DNA of 32,000 nucleotides from Synechocystis sp. PCC 6803 substr. PCC-P (lineage in GTDB: Bacteria; Cyanobacteriota; Cyanobacteriia; Cyanobacteriales; Microcystaceae). The translations under genes were made by a program, and so were the position numbers. Shown here one piece after another: positions 12,978-22,387 of this stretch. The stretch is from the NCBI RefSeq assembly GCF_000284455.1, contig NC_017039.1, forward strand, positions 2,280,001 to 2,312,000, given 5' to 3'. Numbering within the stretch: the stretch's first letter is position 1; the number at the start of each line of letters is the position of its first letter. The notes beneath the pieces were generated by a model, which worked only from the letters and a program-made list of their open reading frames with translations, was not told where the DNA came from and did no database searches.

Positions 12978-15167
12978 ATGGCCCACCCGTTGTATGTCGC
13001 TTTTGTTTGGCATCAACACCAGCCTTGCTATCAGTCCTATGGCATGGTGGGCAATGGCCATGGATATTATCAATTACCCTGGGTGCGGTTACATGGCACT
13101 AGGGATTACGGAGGGTTGATTAAGTTATGGGCCCGTTACCCTTCCCTGCATCAGACAGTTAGCTTCACTCCTTGTTTGCTAGCCCAATTGGAGGATTATG
13201 CCCAGGGTTTGGCCATCGATCGCCATTTAGCCCTCACCCTGAGCCCAGTGGAAAAGTTAAGCCTAGAGCAAAAGGTGGAAATTCTGACCACTTTTTTTGA
13301 GGCTAATCCCCGCACACAAATTTTTCCCCAGCATCGGTATCAACAGTTATACGAGCAACGTCAAAGGCAAGGGATAGACTGGTGTATATCCCATTGGCAA
13401 CCCCAGGATTTTAGTGATCTGTTGGCCTGGCATAATCTGATTTGGTTTGATGCCCTCACCATCGCAGAAGATCGAGATGTGCGGGATTGGTATTTTCGGC
13501 AAAAATCCTTTACCCTCGGCGATCGCCAAAGAATTATTAGTAAGCAACGGCAAATTATCCAGGGAATTATTCCCCTCCATCGCCAGCTACAAGAATCTGG
13601 GCAACTGGAAATTATCACTAGTCCCTACGGCCACCCAATTTTGCCCCTTTTAGCGGATACCAACATTGCCCGCACTATACAAGCGGCCCTCGCCCTACCG
13701 GACCCCCGTTTTTGTTGGTCGGAGGACGGAATCAGGCAATTGCAACAGGGTAAGCAATACTATCGGAGCACCTTTGGCCGGGAATCCCGGGGTTTATGGC
13801 CGCCCGGACTGGCAGTTAGTCCTGCCATGTTGCAAACAGTGGCCCAACTCCGTTTTGAATGGTTATGTGCCGATGAATCCGTCCTGGCCCAGAGTTTGAG
13901 TACCAGTGCTGAAAGGTCTGTCTGGTTGAACTCGGTCTATCGAGTGCCCACGGAGGACGGGGAGTTGGCCATGGTGTTTCGGGACCAACAACTGTCGGAT
14001 TTGATCAGTTTTCATTATGGGCGCTATTCCCCAGCCCAGGCAGCCGAGGATTTGATGGCCAGACTTTTAGCCCGCCGCCCCCAGGCGGAAAATGGCCAAC
14101 CGAGATTGGTAACTATTGCTTTGGAGGGGGATCGAACCTGGAATGGCTATGAAAATAATGGCTTTGGCTTTTTGCAACAGTTCTATCAACAGTGTGAACA
14201 ATTGGGTCGCCAAGGCCTACTGCAATTGGTGACAGTGTCCAAGTTTATAGACCAATTTCCCCCTACCCAAGTTCTGGCCCAACAGAATGGCATCCCTATT
14301 CCTCTGATAGGCTCCTGGAATCGGGGCAATTTCAGTAAATGGATCGGTCAACCCAGCCAAAACCAGGCTTGGGATTACTTAATTGACGCCAGGCAAGCCT
14401 TAGCAAGTCATCCTGAAGCCACAGAGGAAAATAATCCTGAAGCTTGGCAGGCTCTCTACGGGGCAGAAAGCTCCGATTGGTTTGAGGCTTTTGGCCAAGG
14501 TCATTCTCCCCAAACCCTCAATTCTGAAGCCCTATTCCGCCAACATTTGATCCGGCTCTACCACGCCCTTAACGAAACTCCGCCCGGTTATTTGCACCAT
14601 CCCTTAATTGATCAAAATGGCGATCGCCCGTTGGGCGGTTATCTCTATCCCCACTGGGATAATTTAACTAATTTGATTCCTTGGCAGGTGGCTAATGGTC
14701 TGGCGGTGCAAGAGGGCAAGGAATTCGTGCAAACAATTTACTATGGCCACGATCGCCAACGGTTGATCCTGCGGTTTGATTTCCAGCGACTGTTGCCGGA
14801 ATTGATCCCAGATGAACTCCATTTAGCTTGGTACTATCCCTATCTGCCCCATGGCCATGCCCCCCTGGCGATCGCCTCTTTGCCAGACCAAGGGCCGTTA
14901 AATTACTATTTCCATCACCACTGCCGCATTAATCTGCACCATCTCCAAAGTCACCACGACATTGCCGTGGGGCCCAACCGTTGGCAACCCCATCCCCAAC
15001 GGCCCCAATTAGTCCATCAAGGACAAACCCTAGTGATGGTAATTCCCATGGCCGCTTTGACCACACCTAGGCCAGAGAGCCTCGACTTATTATTGTTGCT
15101 AGCCCAGCAAGGGGAATTTTGGGCTAATTTATCCGGGGACAATCTGGTGCAATGGCGTTTGCATTAG
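12978..15167 (+). CDS. GH57-family glycoside hydrolase-like protein (729 aa)
   Basis: LYVAFVWHQHQPCYQ N-terminal motif, LCADESVLAQSL, and ALEGDRTWNGYENNG at the position of the usual DGENxWE motif. ATG at 12978 preferred. Confidence 0.85.
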   Translation: MAHPLYVAFVWHQHQPCYQSYGMVGNGHGYYQLPWVRLHGTRDYGGLIKLWARYPSLHQTVSFTPCLLAQLEDYAQGLAIDRHLALTLSPVEKLSLEQKVEILTTFFEANPRTQIFPQHRYQQLYEQRQRQGIDWCISHWQPQDFSDLLAWHNLIWFDALTIAEDRDVRDWYFRQKSFTLGDRQRIISKQRQIIQGIIPLHRQLQESGQLEIITSPYGHPILPLLADTNIARTIQAALALPDPRFCWSEDGIRQLQQGKQYYRSTFGRESRGLWPPGLAVSPAMLQTVAQLRFEWLCADESVLAQSLSTSAERSVWLNSVYRVPTEDGELAMVFRDQQLSDLISFHYGRYSPAQAAEDLMARLLARRPQAENGQPRLVTIALEGDRTWNGYENNGFGFLQQFYQQCEQLGRQGLLQLVTVSKFIDQFPPTQVLAQQNGIPIPLIGSWNRGNFSKWIGQPSQNQAWDYLIDARQALASHPEATEENNPEAWQALYGAESSDWFEAFGQGHSPQTLNSEALFRQHLIRLYHALNETPPGYLHHPLIDQNGDRPLGGYLYPHWDNLTNLIPWQVANGLAVQEGKEFVQTIYYGHDRQRLILRFDFQRLLPELIPDELHLAWYYPYLPHGHAPLAIASLPDQGPLNYYFHHHCRINLHHLQSHHDIAVGPNRWQPHPQRPQLVHQGQTLVMVIPMAALTTPRPESLDLLLLLAQQGEFWANLSGDNLVQWRLH

Positions 15168-15193
15168 CTGATTTTTGCTGACCACCATCACAT

Positions 15194-16396
15194 CTAAACC
15201 ACCGTATTCCTTTTCCTGGCTTCCTTATAGGAAGTGCCAATGCTCCTCAGCCCCGTCCTGACCAATTGTTGTTCCAACAGGGCAAAAAAACGACGGCGAT
15301 CGCCGCCCCGCACCACGGCCTGATTATGGGCTTCCGCTAGGGCCACGGGATAACCAAAACCCTTTTCTATCTGACTAAGGACAATGGCTAAGGATTGATC
15401 AAGCAACTCCGAATCCTCCGCTAGCCAAACGGGAAATTCCACCCTCGCTACCTCCGAACTGCCTTGGACATAGCAAAAACAAACCCGTTGTTCTGGGGCA
15501 TAGGCTTCCAAAATGCGGGCATTACTATGCCAAATCGGCCCCCGTTGTCCAGGGGATAGAAACTCCTTCCACAGATTGCTATCCCGCAGCGGGTCAAAAA
15601 TTTGACAGGGGGTTTTCCGTTCCTCCGCCTGACAACCTTCGCAATGGCTGACGCAATTGGGGCTTTCGTGGGGACAAGCCTGGAGCCGCAAAAGATTAAT
15701 CGATTCCACACTCCTGGGGGCACTGATGTAACTCATCAGGGGAATGCGGGCCTGACGTAGCGTTTCCCAGGCGGCCAAAATCGGTTCCAGAATTTGGTTC
15801 CTTGCTTCCTGGGGTAAATTTTCCAAAAACCAATAAATTAGCGAACCATCCACCATGGCTAAGTTAGGGTCGCTGTGGGGCCCTGGGGGGCTAACCCAAC
15901 GACAGGCTAGGGCGGCTAACCTTTCCGCTTCCAACACAGTGCGGCGATGACCCAACCATTCCTCGGTGCGAATACCCCAACGGCGGGAAGCGTATAAATC
16001 TTCAGGACGGTAATAAACCTCCGGCACACTGTCCAACAGAGGATGTAAATTTTGCCCATAGTGGAGCATCACCCGGCCAATGTTGAGCAGGTAACAGTAA
16101 GCGATTTCATGGTGGGAGGGCGCAATTTGGGAACCGTCCGTGGCAAACACACTGTGGTTAACCGGAGCCTCCCCAATGTTGACCCTTGTATCCAATGGTT
16201 CCAGAGGCCTAGCCACTGCAAAAAAGAGGCGATCGCCCCATTCTGTCAGGGTGTTGAGCAAATAGGATTGACGCTGTTGAGCTTGGAAAAATAATTCCTT
16301 AGCCCTTTCTAGCCGTTGATGGCCAGCAGTGGCTTCCTGACGGAAATGTTGCCCCAGGGCCGGCATTTGGCCAGCTAACTTGGTGATATCAAGCAT
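15194..16396 (-). CDS. NurA-domain protein (putative 5'-3' nuclease) (400 aa)
   Basis: VFATDGSQIAPSHH (first catalytic Asp motif of NurA), MVDGSLIYW, and C-terminal PVALAEAHNQAVV. Confidence 0.7.
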   Translation of the reverse strand: MLDITKLAGQMPALGQHFRQEATAGHQRLERAKELFFQAQQRQSYLLNTLTEWGDRLFFAVARPLEPLDTRVNIGEAPVNHSVFATDGSQIAPSHHEIAYCYLLNIGRVMLHYGQNLHPLLDSVPEVYYRPEDLYASRRWGIRTEEWLGHRRTVLEAERLAALACRWVSPPGPHSDPNLAMVDGSLIYWFLENLPQEARNQILEPILAAWETLRQARIPLMSYISAPRSVESINLLRLQACPHESPNCVSHCEGCQAEERKTPCQIFDPLRDSNLWKEFLSPGQRGPIWHSNARILEAYAPEQRVCFCYVQGSSEVARVEFPVWLAEDSELLDQSLAIVLSQIEKGFGYPVALAEAHNQAVVRGGDRRRFFALLEQQLVRTGLRSIGTSYKEARKRNTVV

Positions 16397-16431
16397 AGAG
16401 GAGGCAAAATTAGGATCTATGGGGTCTAGAT

Positions 16432-16944
16432 TTAGTAGAAGAAAATTGCTCCCGTGGGTTGCAAGTTAATGGAGCGGTGGCCGTAAAAACGTTCCTCTAT
16501 ATTGACATCACCTTTGGTTACAGTGATCACTGCCACATTATCAGCCCCTACCATTTGGGTGCGGGCATCGACGGGAACAGTAAATTTAAGCAAAAAGGAT
16601 TGTTCTGGAGTGCTGGGGGTGGCATTTTCGGGATAGACCATGATGTAGGCATTATCGCCAAAGTTTTCGAGCAGAACTGTTTCCCCTGGGGCTACCGAAG
16701 CCGGGGGGAATGATTCCAAGTTAGAAATGTCATAGTCCAAAGCCACATCTGTTTTATTAACCAACTTAACCTTGACCGGCTTTTTGGGGTCAAATCTACC
16801 GACGGGCTGCCAAAAGCCCGGCTGATAGGTGGTGGCAGGGGGATCCTGGGCTTCGGCTATGGTGGCGTAAAGGGCTGGAGTTAGACCAACAAAGGCCGTG
16901 GTCAGTAAAGAAAGGGAAGCGGTCAGAGGACGAATATTCGGCAT
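16432..16944 (-). CDS. Secreted/periplasmic protein of unknown function (170 aa)
   Basis: N-terminal hydrophobic signal (LTASLSLLTTAFVGLTPALYATIAEA); beta-rich mature sequence. Start codon ATG at 16944. Confidence 0.65.
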   Translation of the reverse strand: MPNIRPLTASLSLLTTAFVGLTPALYATIAEAQDPPATTYQPGFWQPVGRFDPKKPVKVKLVNKTDVALDYDISNLESFPPASVAPGETVLLENFGDNAYIMVYPENATPSTPEQSFLLKFTVPVDARTQMVGADNVAVITVTKGDVNIEERFYGHRSINLQPTGAIFFY

Positions 16945-17196
16945 AGATAAATTCCTTGATGTAAGTTTGGTAAAGTTTTTCGATCAAATCACCAAAATCA
17001 GTTCCAGCACAATTATTGGGGTCAGTTTTAACCCCGGTCCAGAAAATCGGCGATAATCTCCCCTGGGTCGGTTTTTGACTGGGGAAAGAAGAGAAACACG
17101 GCCTGTGCTAGTATCTAAGGCATGAATTTTCGTGAAGTTAATTATAACAGTCAGTATTTTGCGGCTGGCTAGGTGTTTAGGAGTGGCAACAGCATC

Positions 17197-18267
17197 ATGA
17201 CGAGCCATCAGCTCAACGGGCAACGGAGTTACCTTCAGCCGATCCGCATCGGGGTGATTGGGGTGGGCAATATGGGACAGCACCATACCAGAGTCCTGAG
17301 CCTGATGAAGGATGTGGAGTTTGTGGGTATTGCCGATGTCAATGTGGAACGGGGCCTAGACACCGCCAGTAAGTATCGGGTGCATTTTTTTGAAGATTAT
17401 CAGGAGATGTTGCCCCATGTGGATGCGGTTTGTGTGGCGGTTCCCACTAGGCTCCATCACGATGTGGGCATGAATTGTTTGCAAAATAATGTCCATACTC
17501 TGATTGAAAAACCCATTGCCGCTAGCATTGCTGAAGCGGAATCCCTGGTTAATGCCGCCGCCGATGCCAATTGCATTCTCCAAGTGGGGCACATTGAACG
17601 CTTCAACCCGGCATTTTTAGAGCTAACCAAAATTCTCAAAACGGAAGAGTTATTGGCGATCGAAGCCCATCGCATGAGTCCCTATTCCCAGCGGGCCAAT
17701 GATGTCTCCGTGGTATTGGATTTGATGATCCATGACATTGACCTGTTGCTGGAATTGGTGGGTTCGGAAGTGGTTAAACTGTCCGCCAGTGGCAGTCGGG
17801 CTTCTGGGTCAGGATATTTGGATTATGTCACCGCTACGTTAGGCTTCTCCTCCGGCATTGTGGCCACCCTCACCGCCAGTAAGGTCACCCATCGTAAAAT
17901 TCGTTCCATCGCCGCCCACTGCAAAAATTCCCTCACCGAAGCGGATTTTCTCAATAACGAAATTTTGATCCATCGCCAAACCACCGCTGATTGGAGCGCG
18001 GACTATGGCCAGGTATTGTATCGCCAGGATGGTCTAATCGAAAAGGTTTACACCAGTAATATTGAACCTCTCCACGCTGAATTAGAACATTTTATTCATT
18101 GTGTTAGGGGAGGTGATCAACCCTCAGTGGGGGGAGAACAGGCCCTCAAGGCCCTGAAGTTAGCCAGTTTAATTGAAGAAATGGCCCTGGACAGTCAGGA
18201 ATGGCATGGGGGGGAAGTTGTGACAGAATATCAAGATGCCACCCTGGCCCTCAGTGCGAGTGTTTAA
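17197..18267 (+). CDS. Gfo/Idh/MocA-family oxidoreductase (356 aa)
   Basis: IRIGVIGVGNMGQHHTRVL Rossmann motif, HTLIEKPIA, and LMIHDIDLLLEL. ATG at 17197 is more plausible than 17173. Confidence 0.88.
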   Translation: MTSHQLNGQRSYLQPIRIGVIGVGNMGQHHTRVLSLMKDVEFVGIADVNVERGLDTASKYRVHFFEDYQEMLPHVDAVCVAVPTRLHHDVGMNCLQNNVHTLIEKPIAASIAEAESLVNAAADANCILQVGHIERFNPAFLELTKILKTEELLAIEAHRMSPYSQRANDVSVVLDLMIHDIDLLLELVGSEVVKLSASGSRASGSGYLDYVTATLGFSSGIVATLTASKVTHRKIRSIAAHCKNSLTEADFLNNEILIHRQTTADWSADYGQVLYRQDGLIEKVYTSNIEPLHAELEHFIHCVRGGDQPSVGGEQALKALKLASLIEEMALDSQEWHGGEVVTEYQDATLALSASV

Positions 18268-18340
18268 ATCAACTTAATTAATGCAATTATTGCGAGTTCA
18301 AACTCGATAACTTTGTGAAATATTACTGTTGAATTAATCT

Positions 18341-20272
18341 ATGACTATTCAATACACCCCCCTAGCCGATCGCCTGTTGGCCTACCTCGCCGCCGATCGC
18401 CTAAATCTCAGCGCCAAGAGTAGTTCCCTCAACACCAGTATTCTGCTCAGCAGTGACCTATTCAATCAGGAAGGGGGAATTGTAACAGCCAACTATGGCT
18501 TTGATGGTTATATGGGAATTCCCGGTATGGATGGCACCGATGCGGAATCCCAACAGATTGCCTTTGACAACAATGTGGCCTGGAATAACCTGGGGGATTT
18601 GTCCACCACCACCCAACGGGCCTACACTTCGGCTATTAGCACAGACACAGTGCAGAGTGTTTATGGCGTTAATCTGGAAAAAAACGATAACATTCCCATT
18701 GTTTTTGCGTGGCCCATTTTTCCCACCACCCTTAATCCCACAGATTTTCAGGTAATGCTTAACACGGGGGAAATTGTCACCCCGGTGATCGCCTCTTTGA
18801 TTCCCAACAGTGAATACAACGAACGGCAAACGGTAGTAATTACGGGCAATTTTGGTAATCGTTTAACCCCAGGCACGGAGGGAGCGATTTATCCCGTTTC
18901 CGTAGGCACAGTGTTGGACAGTACTCCTTTGGAAATGGTGGGACCCAACGGCCCGGTCAGTGCGGTGGGTATTACCATTGATAGTCTCAACCCCTACGTG
19001 GCCGGCAATGGTCCCAAAATTGTCGCCGCTAAGTTAGACCGCTTCAGTGACCTGGGGGAAGGGGCTCCCCTCTGGTTAGCCACCAATCAAAATAACAGTG
19101 GCGGGGATTTATATGGAGACCAAGCCCAATTTCGTTTGCGAATTTACACCAGCGCCGGTTTTTCCCCCGATGGCATTGCCAGTTTACTACCCACAGAATT
19201 TGAACGGTATTTTCAACTCCAAGCGGAAGATATTACGGGACGGACAGTTATCCTAACCCAAACTGGTGTTGATTATGAAATTCCCGGCTTTGGTCTGGTG
19301 CAGGTGTTGGGGCTGGCGGATTTGGCCGGGGTTCAGGACAGCTATGACCTGACTTACATCGAAGATCATGACAACTATTACGACATTATCCTCAAAGGGG
19401 ACGAAGCCGCAGTTCGCCAAATTAAGAGGGTTGCTTTGCCCTCCGAAGGGGATTATTCGGCGGTTTATAATCCCGGTGGCCCCGGCAATGATCCAGAGAA
19501 TGGTCCCCCAGGGCCCTTTACTGTGTCCAGTAGTCCCCAGGTAATTGAGGTAACGGATACCATCGGCCAGCCCACCAAAGTCTCCTATGTGGAAGTGGAT
19601 GGCCCCGTATTGCGTAATCCCTTCAGTGGTACTCCCATTGGGCAAGAGGTGGGTTTAGCGGTTAAAGATCTGGCCACAGGTCATGAAATTTATCAGTACA
19701 CTGACCCAGATGGGAAGGTATTTTATGCTTCCTTTGCTGCCGCTGATGACCAAGCCACGGATTTAACCACGGCGATCGCCAATCCCACGGCCATCGATTT
19801 AATTAACGCCAGGGGATTTACGGCGGGTAGTTCCGTCACCGTATCGGGTTCCTACAGTCGGGAAGCCTTTTTTGATGGATCCATGGGTTTTTATCGACTT
19901 CTGGACGATAACGGTGCAGTGCTAGATCCCTTAACAGGTGGTGTAATCAACCCAGGACAGGTAGGTTATCAAGAAGCAGCTTTGGCAGATAGCAATCGTT
20001 TGCAAGCCACTGGCTCCACCCTAACGGCAGAAGACCTAGAAACCAGAGCATTTTCCTTCAATATTTTGGGTGGCGAGTTGTATGCGCCATTTTTAACGGT
20101 TAATGACAGTCTTTCCGGTATTAATCAGACTTATTTTGCCTTTGGGTCGGCCAACCCAGATGGCATCAGCCACAGCACAAACTTGGGACCCAACGTGATT
20201 GGTTTTGAAGATTTTCTCGGCGGAGGAGACCTAGATTTCGACGACATCATTGTCAGATTTACGCTGACTTAG
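18341..20272 (+). CDS. Large DUF4114-domain protein, probable exoprotein (643 aa)
   Basis: C-terminal FAFGSANPDGISHSTNLGPNVIGFEDFLGGGDLDFDDIIVRFTLT is typical of DUF4114. No classical N-terminal signal peptide. Confidence 0.7.
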   Translation: MTIQYTPLADRLLAYLAADRLNLSAKSSSLNTSILLSSDLFNQEGGIVTANYGFDGYMGIPGMDGTDAESQQIAFDNNVAWNNLGDLSTTTQRAYTSAISTDTVQSVYGVNLEKNDNIPIVFAWPIFPTTLNPTDFQVMLNTGEIVTPVIASLIPNSEYNERQTVVITGNFGNRLTPGTEGAIYPVSVGTVLDSTPLEMVGPNGPVSAVGITIDSLNPYVAGNGPKIVAAKLDRFSDLGEGAPLWLATNQNNSGGDLYGDQAQFRLRIYTSAGFSPDGIASLLPTEFERYFQLQAEDITGRTVILTQTGVDYEIPGFGLVQVLGLADLAGVQDSYDLTYIEDHDNYYDIILKGDEAAVRQIKRVALPSEGDYSAVYNPGGPGNDPENGPPGPFTVSSSPQVIEVTDTIGQPTKVSYVEVDGPVLRNPFSGTPIGQEVGLAVKDLATGHEIYQYTDPDGKVFYASFAAADDQATDLTTAIANPTAIDLINARGFTAGSSVTVSGSYSREAFFDGSMGFYRLLDDNGAVLDPLTGGVINPGQVGYQEAALADSNRLQATGSTLTAEDLETRAFSFNILGGELYAPFLTVNDSLSGINQTYFAFGSANPDGISHSTNLGPNVIGFEDFLGGGDLDFDDIIVRFTLT

Positions 20273-20463
20273 CTCAGGGGCATTATCGGAGCAAGCCGAT
20301 ATTCAGGTAAGATGGGGCGGTGCTTTTGTGGGTTGATCCATTAGCTTTAACCCCATTGTCTCCACTGACGGTAATAGTTTTCCCCACTGCGATTAATTGT
20401 TTTGTTTGGAGGAGGGACTGCCCCACCGTCAGCCCGCCGCCATAGTTTTGCATTTCCACTGCC

Positions 20464-21105
20464 ATGGGCATCGAACTCCGTAGTTACGTTTACCTGGATA
20501 GTCTCCAGTCCCAACATGCAGCCTACATTGGGACGGTGGCCTCCGGCTTTTTGCCGCTACCGGGGGATTGTTCCCTCTGGGTGGAAGTTTCCCCAGGCAT
20601 TGAAATTAACCGCATTACCGATATTGCTCTTAAGGCAGCGGTGGTGCGGCCGGGGGTATTATTTGTGGAACGGCTCTACGGTTTGTTGGAAATCCATGCC
20701 AGTAATCAGGGGGAAGTGCGGGCGGCAGGGCAAGCGATTTTGGCATATATCGGTGCCAAAGCCAGTGACTGCATCAAGCCCAAGGTGGTGTCTAGTCAAA
20801 TTATTCGCAACATCGATGCCTATCAAACCCAGTTAATTAACCGTAATCGGCGGGGCCATATGCTGTTGGCGGGGCAAACCCTGTTTGTATTGGAAGTGCA
20901 ACCGGCGGCCTATGCTTCCCTGGCGGCCAATGAGGCGGAAAAGTCTGCCTCTATCAATATTTTGCAGGTTAGTTCCATCGGTAGTTTTGGTCGACTTTAC
21001 CTGGGAGGGGAAGAAAGGGATATTAAGGCGGGGGCGCGGGCAGCCATTGCGGCGATCGAGAATGCCCCAGGCAAAGTGCCCACCCTGGAAGGTAAAAATG
21101 AATAA
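20464..21105 (+). CDS. ccmP: Tandem bacterial-microcompartment-domain shell protein, CcmP-like (213 aa)
   Basis: Two related BMC-like halves ([43 protein letters not shown]... and [43 protein letters not shown]...GAIAA-type ends). Length and neighbour ycf37 match slr0169 (recall). Confidence 0.8.
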
Positions 21106-21332
21106 TGGAGGCTCGTCACAATACATTTCACCGTAGGCTGCTTCTCTATCCCTCTCGATCGCCGAAGAAACGTTAACAACCTAGGCCAGAGCATTTTCCT
21201 AGTGAGATGGAAGCGTAACCACGTACAATGGGCTTCTGGGGTTAGCGATCGCCAAAGATGTTGGCCGTCGGGGCCGTTGCCTATTTTGTCGCCCGTTAAT
21301 TCTTTCACCGAAGTATTAAGTTCACTGTTCCC

Positions 21333-21860
21333 ATGACTGAGTCTCTACCCATTGTTTATCTTTCCGTCTTATTGATTATTTTGGGGGGACTGGGCATATT
21401 TGTCTTCAGTCAGGTGTTAAAGGCCCGTCGCCTAGAAAATACCTTTAGCAAACTACAAAAGAAGCTACAAAACACCAAAGGTACCGCCCAGGAATATTAT
21501 CAATTGGGTAGCATTTATTTAGACAAAAAATTATATTCCCAATCGATTAATTTATTTCAAAAAGCCCTCAAAATGGCCGAGCAAGTGGAGCCAGAAAACC
21601 AAGCTTTGATTTACAATGCTATGGGCTATGCCTGTTTCGCTCAGGAGCAATTTGATCTGGCCATTCGCCATTACAAAGATGCCTTGAAACTATACCCAGA
21701 TTATGTCATTGCTTTAAATAACTTAGCCAATGTTTATGAAAAAAAACAAATGGTTAACAAGGCGTTGGAAACCTACCAAGAAACTTTAGCAATAGAACCC
21801 AACAATAAAGTAGCTCAACGGCGGGCCAATTCCTTGAAAAAACGGCTTGTCGAGACTTAG
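21333..21860 (+). CDS. ycf37: TPR-repeat photosystem I assembly protein Ycf37 (175 aa)
   Basis: N-terminal TM helix then TPR units (AQEYYQLGSIYLDKKLYSQSINLFQKALKM, ALIYNAMGYACFAQEQFDLAIRHYKDALKLYPD, VIALNNLANVYEKKQMVNKALETYQETLAIEPN). Confidence 0.9.
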   Translation: MTESLPIVYLSVLLIILGGLGIFVFSQVLKARRLENTFSKLQKKLQNTKGTAQEYYQLGSIYLDKKLYSQSINLFQKALKMAEQVEPENQALIYNAMGYACFAQEQFDLAIRHYKDALKLYPDYVIALNNLANVYEKKQMVNKALETYQETLAIEPNNKVAQRRANSLKKRLVET

Positions 21861-21919
21861 AATAGATTGGGTATAACAAAAAAAAGTTAGGTCAAAGTTC
21901 CAAATTCAGCATAGGTTTT

Positions 21920-22387
21920 ATGAGCAGAACGGTTGGGGAAGTGATGACCCCGAATCCCATCACAGTCAAACCAGATACCCCCCTACAGGATGCCATTCGT
22001 CTTTTGGCGGAGAATCGCATCAGTGGCATGCCGGTGCTGGATGACCAGGAAAAATTGGTGGGGGTCATTTCCGACACCGACTTGATGTGGCAGGAGTCTG
22101 GGGTGGATACGCCTCCCTATGTGATGTTGCTAGACAGTATTATTTACCTACAAAATCCCGCCCGCCACGAACGGGAATTGCACAAAGCCCTGGGACAAAC
22201 GGTGGGGGAAGTGATGAACGATGTTCCTATTAGCATTTTGCCCACCCAAACTTTACGGGAAGCGGCCCATTTGATGAATGAGAAAAAAATTCGCCGTCTG
22301 CCAGTGTTGAATGTGGAAAGTAGGCAACTGATCGGTATTTTGACCCAAGGGGATATTATCCGCGCCATGGCCCGGGGAGAAGCCTAG
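21920..22387 (+). CDS. Tandem CBS-domain protein (155 aa)
   Basis: VGEVMTPNPITVKPDTPLQDAIRLLAENRISGMPVLD and VGEVMNDVPISILPTQTLREAAHLMNEKKIRRLPVLN. Confidence 0.9.
   Translation: MSRTVGEVMTPNPITVKPDTPLQDAIRLLAENRISGMPVLDDQEKLVGVISDTDLMWQESGVDTPPYVMLLDSIIYLQNPARHERELHKALGQTVGEVMNDVPISILPTQTLREAAHLMNEKKIRRLPVLNVESRQLIGILTQGDIIRAMARGEA

Noticed and set aside
16984-17286. 100-aa minus-strand ORF
   Set aside because: Overlaps the 5' end of the well-supported oxidoreductase gene and has no recognisable domain.
20283-20471. 62-aa minus-strand ORF overlapping the ccmP start
   Set aside because: Short, lacks a recognisable family, no signal peptide and overlaps a solid gene start. It could be real but cannot be supported.
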